This document shows, in pieces, positions 56,686 to 64,000 of a DNA stretch of 64,000 bases (the first letter of the stretch is position 1; every line of letters begins with the position of its first letter). Source of the DNA: a virus; IMG/VR virus record IMGVR_UViG_3300010885_026047, positions 1 through 64,000 of that record; one strand, 5' to 3'. The translations under genes were made by a program, and so were the position numbers. The notes beneath the pieces are model-generated. The model searched no databases, was not told where the DNA came from, and was given only the letters and a program-made list of their open reading frames with translations.

Positions 56686-57160
56686 CACACCACCTATCTA
56701 TACTACTACCCTTCTATCCTCTACTACAGGTAAAACTAACTTAAAACAACTACTAGTTATAGTAAGACCCTTCCTCACCATCCCACTCTTTACAGCAGAG
56801 TATCTGATAGTTCGGGTTATTGGCATATGCTTTTGTCCTTGCTTCAGTATCTGAAGTAGCATTGATAGTAATCCACCAAGGTCTATCTGTGTGATGACAC
56901 GTAACTTGTAACTTATACAACATAACCTAGTAGCCACTGAAGTAGGCCCACACTATAAACATATGAACTTAAAAACAACTACACACACTACAAGAAACAA
57001 CAACTATACCCTTCAAACTACTACAGAGATAACCATAAGCTATACAAAACCACTGCAGAAACACCACAAAACCAACCAATATACCCTGAAGATACACCAT
57101 AACCCTACAAGAGAGCATAACCATACACCACTCTACCAAGCTAACAGTAGTACAGATAGC

Positions 57161-57368
57161 ACTATAAGTAGGTCAAAAGGACACCAGTAAGGTCAGTTTG
57201 CGACAAAAAAGAGAGAAAATACTGTTATGTGGAGTAGTATAATACCCTCAAATCCCCTCTTTCACACACAAAGTAGCAGTTATATATCTTCGGTGCCGCA
57301 ATATGACCTTGAGAGTGGGTGTTTTTTGGTGTCAACCCCGCTATAGGCGATAACATTTGACCTATAGT
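57161..57368. repeat. nested inverted repeats (multi-stem structure)
   Basis: TAGGTCAAA/TTTGACCTA, GACACCA/TGGTGTC, AAGGTCA/TGACCTT and TTGCG/CGCAA, in nested order. Confidence 0.6.
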
Positions 57369-57407
57369 AAAACCAGCTTATACGTAACTCACCACAACTT
57401 AGAGAAG

Positions 57408-57444
57408 TATAGAGAGCACCCTAACTTGTAGGATACTCTCTATA
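57408..57444 (-). terminator. long G-U hairpin (terminator or processing site)
   Basis: TATAGAGAGTATCCTA-caagt-TAGGGTGCTCTCTATA on the minus strand. Confidence 0.6.
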
Positions 57445-57474
57445 AACTCTTTATACATAACAAGGAATACTACT

Positions 57475-57624
57475 CTATGCTACTTTGAAGTGACCTTTGA
57501 ACAGTCCTGCTCCAAGTGGTATCATAGTAAAAGAAACACTCCTACGATACCTGTTACGGAGCAGTTGGTAAGCAGCTATAAGCTGTACGTAGGTCCTGGC
57601 TGAGAACGATATAATCTTTTTCAT
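57475..57624 (-). CDS. small 49 aa protein (MKKIISFSART...)
   Basis: ORF with A-rich leader between two related hairpins; not in the ORF track. Confidence 0.45.
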   Translation of the reverse strand: MKKIISFSARTYVQLIAAYQLLRNRYRRSVSFTMIPLGAGLFKGHFKVA

Positions 57625-57683
57625 CTTTGGTTGTTTTAGATATGAACTGATGTTTTGTTTGTTAACCTTTAACGATAAGAGTG

Positions 57684-57716
57684 TAGAGAGTTACCCTTAA
57701 CGGATAACCCTCTATC
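57684..57716 (-). terminator. G-U hairpin related to 57408-57444
   Basis: TAGAGGGTTATCC-gttaa-GGGTAACTCTCTA on the minus strand. Confidence 0.55.
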
Positions 57717-57726
57717 TCTCAACTGT

Positions 57727-58398
57727 TTACGCTACAACAGGTGCTGCTGAAGTAACGGCTGGTGTAAACGCCTTGTTACGTGCAAACCATGCATCAGACA
57801 GCTGCTGTTTGTTGTCATGTGCTACATAGCTGTCCATAGCTTCGGGCTTATAAACACCGTTGTTGTTGGCAAAATGTGCCATAACCCTACGATATATCGG
57901 AGTTGCTACTGCCTCACCCTGGGCATTTGGTTCATACTTCAGCAACTGGATACCGTCTGGTGTCTTCTTCAGGTCACGACCTGGGTTAGTCTTGCTGAAA
58001 GGTATCGTACTTTCATGTACACATACCCGAACACGTTTAACGGGTTCACCTACCTTAGCACCTAACAGTACCAAACGGGTTTCGATATCATCCCCGTCAT
58101 CACCAAACACATTGGTATATACCGGAACAGGTTTCCCGCTGTCCGATAAATCCATAACACCAAGCCGCATAAATGCAACTTCTTTACCATTTGTACCCGG
58201 TTGGATACGTGCACCATTACCCTGTACTGGAGTCCATGCTCCTGAAGGGTCTTCCACAAACTCCGGTAACAGGATTACTGCACCGTCACCATACATAGCC
58301 GTCTTCTCTGCAAGATACCTGCGGATGGCTGAACGGTTAGCCTTTAACTGTGTGTCACTAAGTGACTGTCTTGCTGCAACATTAGCTGCTGTGCTCAT
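57727..58398 (-). CDS. hypothetical early protein
   Basis: 223 aa ORF, higher GC than its neighbours. Confidence 0.7.
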   Translation of the reverse strand: MSTAANVAARQSLSDTQLKANRSAIRRYLAEKTAMYGDGAVILLPEFVEDPSGAWTPVQGNGARIQPGTNGKEVAFMRLGVMDLSDSGKPVPVYTNVFGDDGDDIETRLVLLGAKVGEPVKRVRVCVHESTIPFSKTNPGRDLKKTPDGIQLLKYEPNAQGEAVATPIYRRVMAHFANNNGVYKPEAMDSYVAHDNKQQLSDAWFARNKAFTPAVTSAAPVVA

Positions 58399-58465
58399 AA
58401 GAATTGTTTTTAGTATAAAAGAAATGCCTACTCTGTTACAGGTTTTCGGCTTACCCTGTTTATCT

Positions 58466-58810
58466 TTAACCAGCTATATGGGCTATCCAGTTATTGATGG
58501 CTCTGGACATGCTGATGTTATCAGTAGCCTTAGCTTGGATTTCCTCTATGGACATAACTGTGACATCACCATATGTCTGGATGGAATTGTTCGGATTACT
58601 GGTATACACATCAACAATACCATTCTCACCATAGTACTCATCACACAACTGTTGTACAACAAACTCATTGTTATATGTATAATACTGGATACTACCATAA
58701 CACCTAAGGCATGTGAGGTAGATGTAACCGTCTGATGATTTCTCTAACTGGTTACGTAGATTGGCTACAAGTGCTGAAGCCTTTTTATACTGCTGGATTA
58801 ACTCTTTCAT
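58466..58810 (-). CDS. hypothetical protein
   Basis: 114 aa ORF, AAT/ATT rich. Confidence 0.65.
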   Translation of the reverse strand: MKELIQQYKKASALVANLRNQLEKSSDGYIYLTCLRCYGSIQYYTYNNEFVVQQLCDEYYGENGIVDVYTSNPNNSIQTYGDVTVMSIEEIQAKATDNISMSRAINNWIAHIAG

Positions 58811-58843
58811 TGCTGATATATATTTAGAAGATGAGGAATAGAT

Positions 58844-59047
58844 TTAATGTGCTGCAAGCATTGCTATATCAGCATGGTGATTACACATGGCATAGCTACC
58901 AATATACTGTACTGCTGGATTAGGACAATCCATTTGGCATTTGCATACAGGTATTGCCTCTGACCAGTCTAACAGGTTATCAGTAGACAGTTGTTCATTA
59001 GCCATTTGGCTCAATGTTTGCTTTTCAGATGAAGTGAAGCCTTCCAT
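58844..59047 (-). CDS. small Cys/His protein
   Basis: CKCQMDC...MCNHH. Confidence 0.55.
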   Translation of the reverse strand: MEGFTSSEKQTLSQMANEQLSTDNLLDWSEAIPVCKCQMDCPNPAVQYIGSYAMCNHHADIAMLAAH

Positions 59048-59225
59048 AAGTATTGTTTTTAAGATGTTAACAATGGTTTAACTACCGGGGTTCCCCCGCT
59101 TTTGGTAAATGAACATGAAACGAGTAGGGTACTCCTAACCACTCACGAACACAAACAAAAAATAGCCAGGAAGTTTTTGGGGAAAAAGTTTTTATATGTG
59201 AACTCTGTTTGTATCTTTGTGTTAT

Positions 59226-59615
59226 ATGACTATAGATGAGAGGTTAGCTATACAGATAGAGTTACCGTTGTTTAGTCTGAAGTATGACAAGATAGCTGAA
59301 CCTCTTATACATAGTTTAGAACTACATAGTACGTATCTGATTTATGACTTTGAAGCTTACATGGATAAGTTCCCTGATGATGAAGATGAGTCTAAGGGAT
59401 GGGTAGTACCAAAGGAGGGGGTTTATCAGAAGATACGTCTGCAGGTTAGAAAAGATCGTATCTGTTCCATGGAGAGTTCTTGGATAGAGGATAGTCAGAT
59501 GTGGACACTTGTTATAACTTACCTATCTACAGACGAACATATACGGATAAAGTTCAATACTGAGAAAGAGCTGAGAGAAGTGGAACTGAAACTATCAGAG
59601 TGGTTGTTTTCTTAG
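59226..59615 (+). CDS. hypothetical protein (likely start MTIDER)
   Basis: TATCTTTG at 59212-19 directly upstream. Confidence 0.65.
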   Translation: MTIDERLAIQIELPLFSLKYDKIAEPLIHSLELHSTYLIYDFEAYMDKFPDDEDESKGWVVPKEGVYQKIRLQVRKDRICSMESSWIEDSQMWTLVITYLSTDEHIRIKFNTEKELREVELKLSEWLFS

Positions 59616-59624
59616 CAGAGAGTA

Positions 59625-60242
59625 TCACAAAGGACTTACACATAGTTCTCTCATCAAGTCTGCTATATGTTTAGCCATACGGTGATAGTGGAACTTATCA
59701 AAACGAACTAAGTTGATATCGTTATCTACACAGAACTTAGTCTTGATCTTGTCTACTTCTTTCCTATCAGGCCTGTCGTGGTAGAAGCTGTCGTACTCAA
59801 CTATGGTGTTGTGATCTGGCAACCAGAAGTCAAAGCGACCCCAACCACCTGTAGAGAGCCGGAGACCTGGAAAGCTTATCTCTCTTTCCCACTTGATATC
59901 ATACTTCTGCAGTTCATCTATGATCATCTGTTCAGGTACAGAAGGTTTGAGTGTATCTCCAAAGTTACTATCAAACCACTGCAGATCAGGACGAGGTCTG
60001 TACTTGTTATCTGGTAGCTTTTTCCACACTGTAGTTGTGCAACCTAAGAACTCATCTATCTGTTCGTGTATAGCTTTCTTGTACTCGTAAGAGGTCTTGT
60101 CTACAGGTGGTGCAGGTTTAGACAACTTCACTACGGGTTCCTGAAAAGTAGCTTTAACCGGAGTTTTCAGAGACCTATCTACCTCATGTGGTTTAAGTAA
60201 CCATATAAGAAAACAAACTACTGCAAGAACAACTATACCCAT
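59625..60242 (-). CDS. membrane-anchored PD-(D/E)XK (Vsr/DUF559-like) nuclease, likely start MGIVVL
   Basis: N-terminal TM; E..I...L...W.RE..F...RFDFWLP....VEYD..YH...DKIK..FC....I.LVRF. Confidence 0.7.
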   Translation of the reverse strand: MGIVVLAVVCFLIWLLKPHEVDRSLKTPVKATFQEPVVKLSKPAPPVDKTSYEYKKAIHEQIDEFLGCTTTVWKKLPDNKYRPRPDLQWFDSNFGDTLKPSVPEQMIIDELQKYDIKWEREISFPGLRLSTGGWGRFDFWLPDHNTIVEYDSFYHDRPDRKEVDKIKTKFCVDNDINLVRFDKFHYHRMAKHIADLMRELCVSPL

Positions 60243-60337
60243 AGCACACAAGATACAACAACACTTCCATCTGTGCAAGTGGTAGAGCGAACTTTTTTCA
60301 CGGTATAGTTTTTGTACAACTACTCTAAACACTCTTT

Positions 60338-60526
60338 ATGTCTGTACTTACACTTATCCTCGTTATAGTTCTTGTTGGTGTCCTTCTGTGGGCAATAAAC
60401 CGCTTTATACCTATGGATGCTACTATCAAGAACATCTTGTACTTTGTAGTCGTCCTTGTTCTGATACTTTGGTTACTCCAGGCTTTTGGTGTACTGGGAA
60501 CTTTAGGTTCTGTACGGATCAGGTAA
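60338..60526 (+). CDS. small two-TM membrane protein (Thivi_2564-like, holin candidate)
   Basis: LIVGVLLWAINRFIPM...IKNIL..VVV..LILWLLQAFG. Confidence 0.75.
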   Translation: MSVLTLILVIVLVGVLLWAINRFIPMDATIKNILYFVVVLVLILWLLQAFGVLGTLGSVRIR

Positions 60527-60573
60527 CATAAACTTTTTGTTGGTAGTGTTACTTTACTTTGTATCTTTGACCC

Positions 60574-60837
60574 ATGCAGATAAATTTAACTAACATACTG
60601 CTCTTCTCTATAGCTGGAACACTGGGTTATATAGCTTACTTACGTCACCACTCAAACAAACATAAAATGGCAACTTTTACAGACATCACTACAGCACTTG
60701 GTAACCTTACAACAGCAGTTAACGGAGCTACTGCAGCTTTGACAGGCTCTATCACTCCTGCACAGGGAGATCAGATCGTAACGGCTATAACTGACGCTAC
60801 GACTACACTGAACGCAGCAGTTACTCCTGCACCTTAA
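60574..60837 (+). CDS. small membrane-anchored protein
   Basis: N-terminal TM, Ala/Thr helical tail; TATCTTTG 4 nt upstream. Confidence 0.6.
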   Translation: MQINLTNILLFSIAGTLGYIAYLRHHSNKHKMATFTDITTALGNLTTAVNGATAALTGSITPAQGDQIVTAITDATTTLNAAVTPAP

Positions 60838-60913
60838 ACGTTTTCTCATAGGCTACACACATCAACCTCAGTCTCTACTGGGGTTTTTGGTTTTTATCTC
60901 CTAACTTTGTCTG

Positions 60914-63900
60914 ATGTCTTTTCAACTGCTTGGTGTCTGGAACGCACAAACCAACTTGACCTCTACCGGTATACACCTTGCTGACGGTACTGGTACTACT
61001 GGAGACTGCTATACCTGCTGGACAAGTGGTACACAGAACCTTGGACATGGGTTCTTTAACTATCAGCAAGGGCAAGTTATCTTATATACAAACGGTCAGT
61101 GGGTATGGCCTGGTTCTAACGGAGAGATAGACTTCTCTCTTATCTTTCCAACCTTTACTTTAGCCGGAACCTGGAACCCGAACACAAACACAACATCTCT
61201 TGGAACACATCTTACTGCAGGAGTTGGTACTGCTGGTACTGTCTACACAGTTTCTACACCTGGTATCTGTGATCTTGGTTGGGGGCCTTTTAACTGGGCT
61301 ACCGGGTTTAACGTTGTGTACAGTAACGGTAAGTGGTTGTGGATAGGTAAAGATCTTGTTTGTAACTATGGTAACACATCCGGTGGAACTGGTGGTGGGA
61401 CCGGAACAGTTACTTACGTGAACATCCAAACATCTGGTTCTGGCCTATCTGTATCTGGTGGACCTGTAACATCTTCTGGAACTTTCCTACTGCAGAACAC
61501 ATTACCTGATCGTACTGTAGTACTCAACCAAGGTCCTGGTATATCTGTTACTGGTACTTACCCAAACTTTACAGTTTCTACTTCTGGTAGTACAAGCCAG
61601 ACATCTGGTACTGTAACCTCTTTCAACACATCTGGTCTATCCACACTCTTCACCACAAGTGTCAGTAACCCAACTACAACTCCATACCTTACCTTCTCAC
61701 CTATAGCTGAGAACCAGAACTTGTTCTTTGCCAGTCCTAATGGTTCTTCTGGCATACCCTTGTGGAGAGCTTTAACAGTCAACGACTTTAACAGTGGTAC
61801 AAGTGCAAACGCTACAACTTTCTGGCGTGGGGACGGAACCTGGGCAACTCCTTCCAGTACTACTTATACTGGTACATCAGGTGTAACTGTATCTGGTACA
61901 TCCATCTACCTGGCACCTATAGCAGCTAACTCTGTACTAGCTAATGTTGGTTCCGGTTCAGGTTCGCCATTTAGTGCCCTGTCTTACTCTGCTGTAAGTG
62001 CTGTAAACAGTCTTGTATATAGAGACGCTAACCAAAATGCCTTTGCCAATAACTTTACATCTAAGGGAACTAATGTTGTATCTGCAGGAAGTACTACTAT
62101 ACTTACAGCAGCATCTACCCGGTTACAAAATCTCACAGGTTCAGCTAACCAGACATTTCAACTACCAGATGCAACAACACTGTCCATAGGGGCAAGGTTC
62201 ACTTTCAACAATAACAGTACAGGTGTTCTAACAGTAACTAATAATGGAGGTATTACCATAGCGACTTGTCCTGCAGGAGGTGCTATAGAAGTTTTTGAGA
62301 TAGCAGCATCTACACCAAATGGAGCATGGGACTATCACTTCTATATACCTGCCAATGTACAATGGGGTACAACTGCTCTTATCTATTCTGGTCCTATAAC
62401 AGCTACAAAGTTTGTTACATCTGGAGGTACTTCCTCTCAGTTTGTAAAAGGGGATGGTACTCTTGACAGTACTATATATAGTACTACATCAGGTACAGTT
62501 ACTTCTGTAAGTTTACTCTTACCAAGTTCTGTGTTCTCTATATCCGGATCACCTGTTACTTCTTCAGGTACACTTACTGGAACACTTCAGACACAAACAG
62601 CAAACACTTTTTTTGCAGGACCTGTCAGTGGTTCTACAGCACAACCTACCTTTAGAGCTATAGTTGCTGGAGATCTTCCTTCCAGTACTGGAACAGTTGC
62701 CAGTTTCTCATCTGGTAATCTTGTACCTTTATTTACTACAACTATAGCAAATCCTACTACAAACCCTGCACTTACTTTCAATCTTTCTTCTGCAGGAGCT
62801 AAGACTATCTTTGGTAACCAAACATCTGCCAGTACAACACCTTCTTTCTTTATACCTATCTTAGCTGTGGGTCCTTTTGGTTCTGAAGGAGCAACAACGC
62901 AGGTACTACACGGTAATCCAAGTGGTAACCTATCTTGGTCCCAGGTCAACCTTGCTGCAGATGTTACTGGAAACTTACCTGTTACAAACCTTAACTCTGG
63001 CAGTAGTGCGGGAGCTACAACGTTCTGGAGAGGTGATGGTATATGGGCACAAACATCAGGTTCATCTATAACTCCTGGAGGATCATCTACACAGGTTCAG
63101 TATAACAATGCGGGTACTTTTGGAGGAGCTGCTCTAACTAACATTGCTACGGACGGCAATCTGTCCTTAGTTAGTACTTCCGGAGCTACAAATGCTATAT
63201 CAGGATCACTAAAAGTATATAGTAATAACCAAACAGGAATAGATGAGCTGCATGTAGTACCGTCTATAGGAATAGAAAGTATACTGCAAAACTCTTTAGG
63301 GCAAAATCAATGGGGTAGTTGGGATCTTAGTGGAGTAGTTACCACTGCTACACAAGGAGGTATATACAATCAGGCATTAGGATTTTCAGGAACACCAGTA
63401 GCTTCTACGAGAACTTATGATTCTACTAATCTTGTTCCTAATCATATGTACTTGAAATATCCTACGGGTTCAGGAAATAATTCTCAAGCAGAGTTATATT
63501 TTAGTTCTACTGCCAGGGCATCAATGATTGGTAATAATACATATGGAGGTGGTTCAAAATGGGTTGGTAAATTTAACCTTCCACAATATACTTCTGCTAA
63601 TAGAGTGTTTGTAGGATACGCATCTTCTGCTAGTGCATTAGGAACAACAGTTGACCCTTCCACATATACCAACATAATTGGTGTTGGTAAGGATGTTGCA
63701 GATACTACTTTACAGATAATGTTTAACGGTAGTGCAGGTACAGCTACAAAAGTAAATACGGGAATAACACCAACTGCTAATGATGAATATAGAGTTACAA
63801 TAATAATTTTACCTTCTGGTACAACATCCTATGTAACACTAGAAAGATTTACAAAGTCAGCTGTGACAACATTTAGTTCATCAAACTCTGCTAAGATGCC

Positions 63901-64000
63901 GGCAGCAGGTACTCTAATGTACTTTCACATGGCTGTAAATTCAGGTTCTGCATCTGTTGGTGTAACATCAATAGGTATTCTCCACATATTTGAAGAAATT
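60914..64000 (+). CDS. tail fibre/receptor-binding protein (partial, runs off the window)
   Basis: Frame from ATG 60914 is open at the start and at the window end, and is missing from the ORF track. G/S/T rich, with GVWNAQTN/GTWNPNTN repeats, GTVTS and TFWRGDG.W motifs. Confidence 0.85.
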   Translation, partial: MSFQLLGVWNAQTNLTSTGIHLADGTGTTGDCYTCWTSGTQNLGHGFFNYQQGQVILYTNGQWVWPGSNGEIDFSLIFPTFTLAGTWNPNTNTTSLGTHLTAGVGTAGTVYTVSTPGICDLGWGPFNWATGFNVVYSNGKWLWIGKDLVCNYGNTSGGTGGGTGTVTYVNIQTSGSGLSVSGGPVTSSGTFLLQNTLPDRTVVLNQGPGISVTGTYPNFTVSTSGSTSQTSGTVTSFNTSGLSTLFTTSVSNPTTTPYLTFSPIAENQNLFFASPNGSSGIPLWRALTVNDFNSGTSANATTFWRGDGTWATPSSTTYTGTSGVTVSGTSIYLAPIAANSVLANVGSGSGSPFSALSYSAVSAVNSLVYRDANQNAFANNFTSKGTNVVSAGSTTILTAASTRLQNLTGSANQTFQLPDATTLSIGARFTFNNNSTGVLTVTNNGGITIATCPAGGAIEVFEIAASTPNGAWDYHFYIPANVQWGTTALIYSGPITATKFVTSGGTSSQFVKGDGTLDSTIYSTTSGTVTSVSLLLPSSVFSISGSPVTSSGTLTGTLQTQTANTFFAGPVSGSTAQPTFRAIVAGDLPSSTGTVASFSSGNLVPLFTTTIANPTTNPALTFNLSSAGAKTIFGNQTSASTTPSFFIPILAVGPFGSEGATTQVLHGNPSGNLSWSQVNLAADVTGNLPVTNLNSGSSAGATTFWRGDGIWAQTSGSSITPGGSSTQVQYNNAGTFGGAALTNIATDGNLSLVSTSGATNAISGSLKVYSNNQTGIDELHVVPSIGIESILQNSLGQNQWGSWDLSGVVTTATQGGIYNQALGFSGTPVASTRTYDSTNLVPNHMYLKYPTGSGNNSQAELYFSSTARASMIGNNTYGGGSKWVGKFNLPQYTSANRVFVGYASSASALGTTVDPSTYTNIIGVGKDVADTTLQIMFNGSAGTATKVNTGITPTANDEYRVTIIILPSGTTSYVTLERFTKSAVTTFSSSNSAKMPAAGTLMYFHMAVNSGSASVGVTSIGILHIFEEI

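Noticed and set aside
56963-57190. 75-aa T/H/N-rich ORF
   Set aside because: Product of low-complexity A/C-rich DNA; no protein-like features
57860-58735. 291-aa + strand ORF
   Set aside because: Antisense shadow of two minus-strand genes with more plausible protein composition
65-64000. Stop-codon reassignment, known in some crAss-like phages
   Set aside because: Giant ORFs and core enzymes are intact in code 11, and TAA, TAG and TGA all end genes at plausible boundaries
60914-64000. Diversity-generating retroelement acting on the tail fibre
   Set aside because: No reverse transcriptase and no template/variable repeat pair seen in this window

Overview
Segment of a crAss-like (Crassvirales-related) phage genome that most likely infects a Bacteroidota host, judging by TTG-N20-TAnnTTTG promoters and DUF3127-like genes. 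It uses standard genetic code 11. 1-20.4 kb (+) holds two giant multidomain virion/ejection proteins. The first carries a two-barrel RNA polymerase (DLDID motif), a zincin and a permuted SLOG domain; the second carries a Pol-beta nucleotidyltransferase and a PD-(D/E)XK nuclease. A GH19 endolysin follows. 21.8-59 kb (-) holds early and replication genes: RecA, exonuclease, RuvC, two divergent UDG-like proteins, RNase H, primase, AAA ATPase, DnaB-like helicase, ParB-like protein, PolB, two RepL-like proteins, an OB-fold/J-domain fusion and three homing endonucleases. A ~1.5 kb structured non-coding region lies at 56.2-57.7 kb and the strand switches near 59.1 kb. From 59.2 kb (+) come membrane proteins and a tail-fibre ORF that runs off the window. 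The most striking signals are (i) near-elimination of the trinucleotide AAT/ATT on both strands, interrupted by sharply bounded blocks with a different signature; (ii) a shared promoter plus interleaved double-stem leader in front of all three homing endonucleases; and (iii) repeat-bounded cassettes at the C-terminus of the RNAP protein. All domain calls come from motifs read by eye, and all k-mer counts are approximate.
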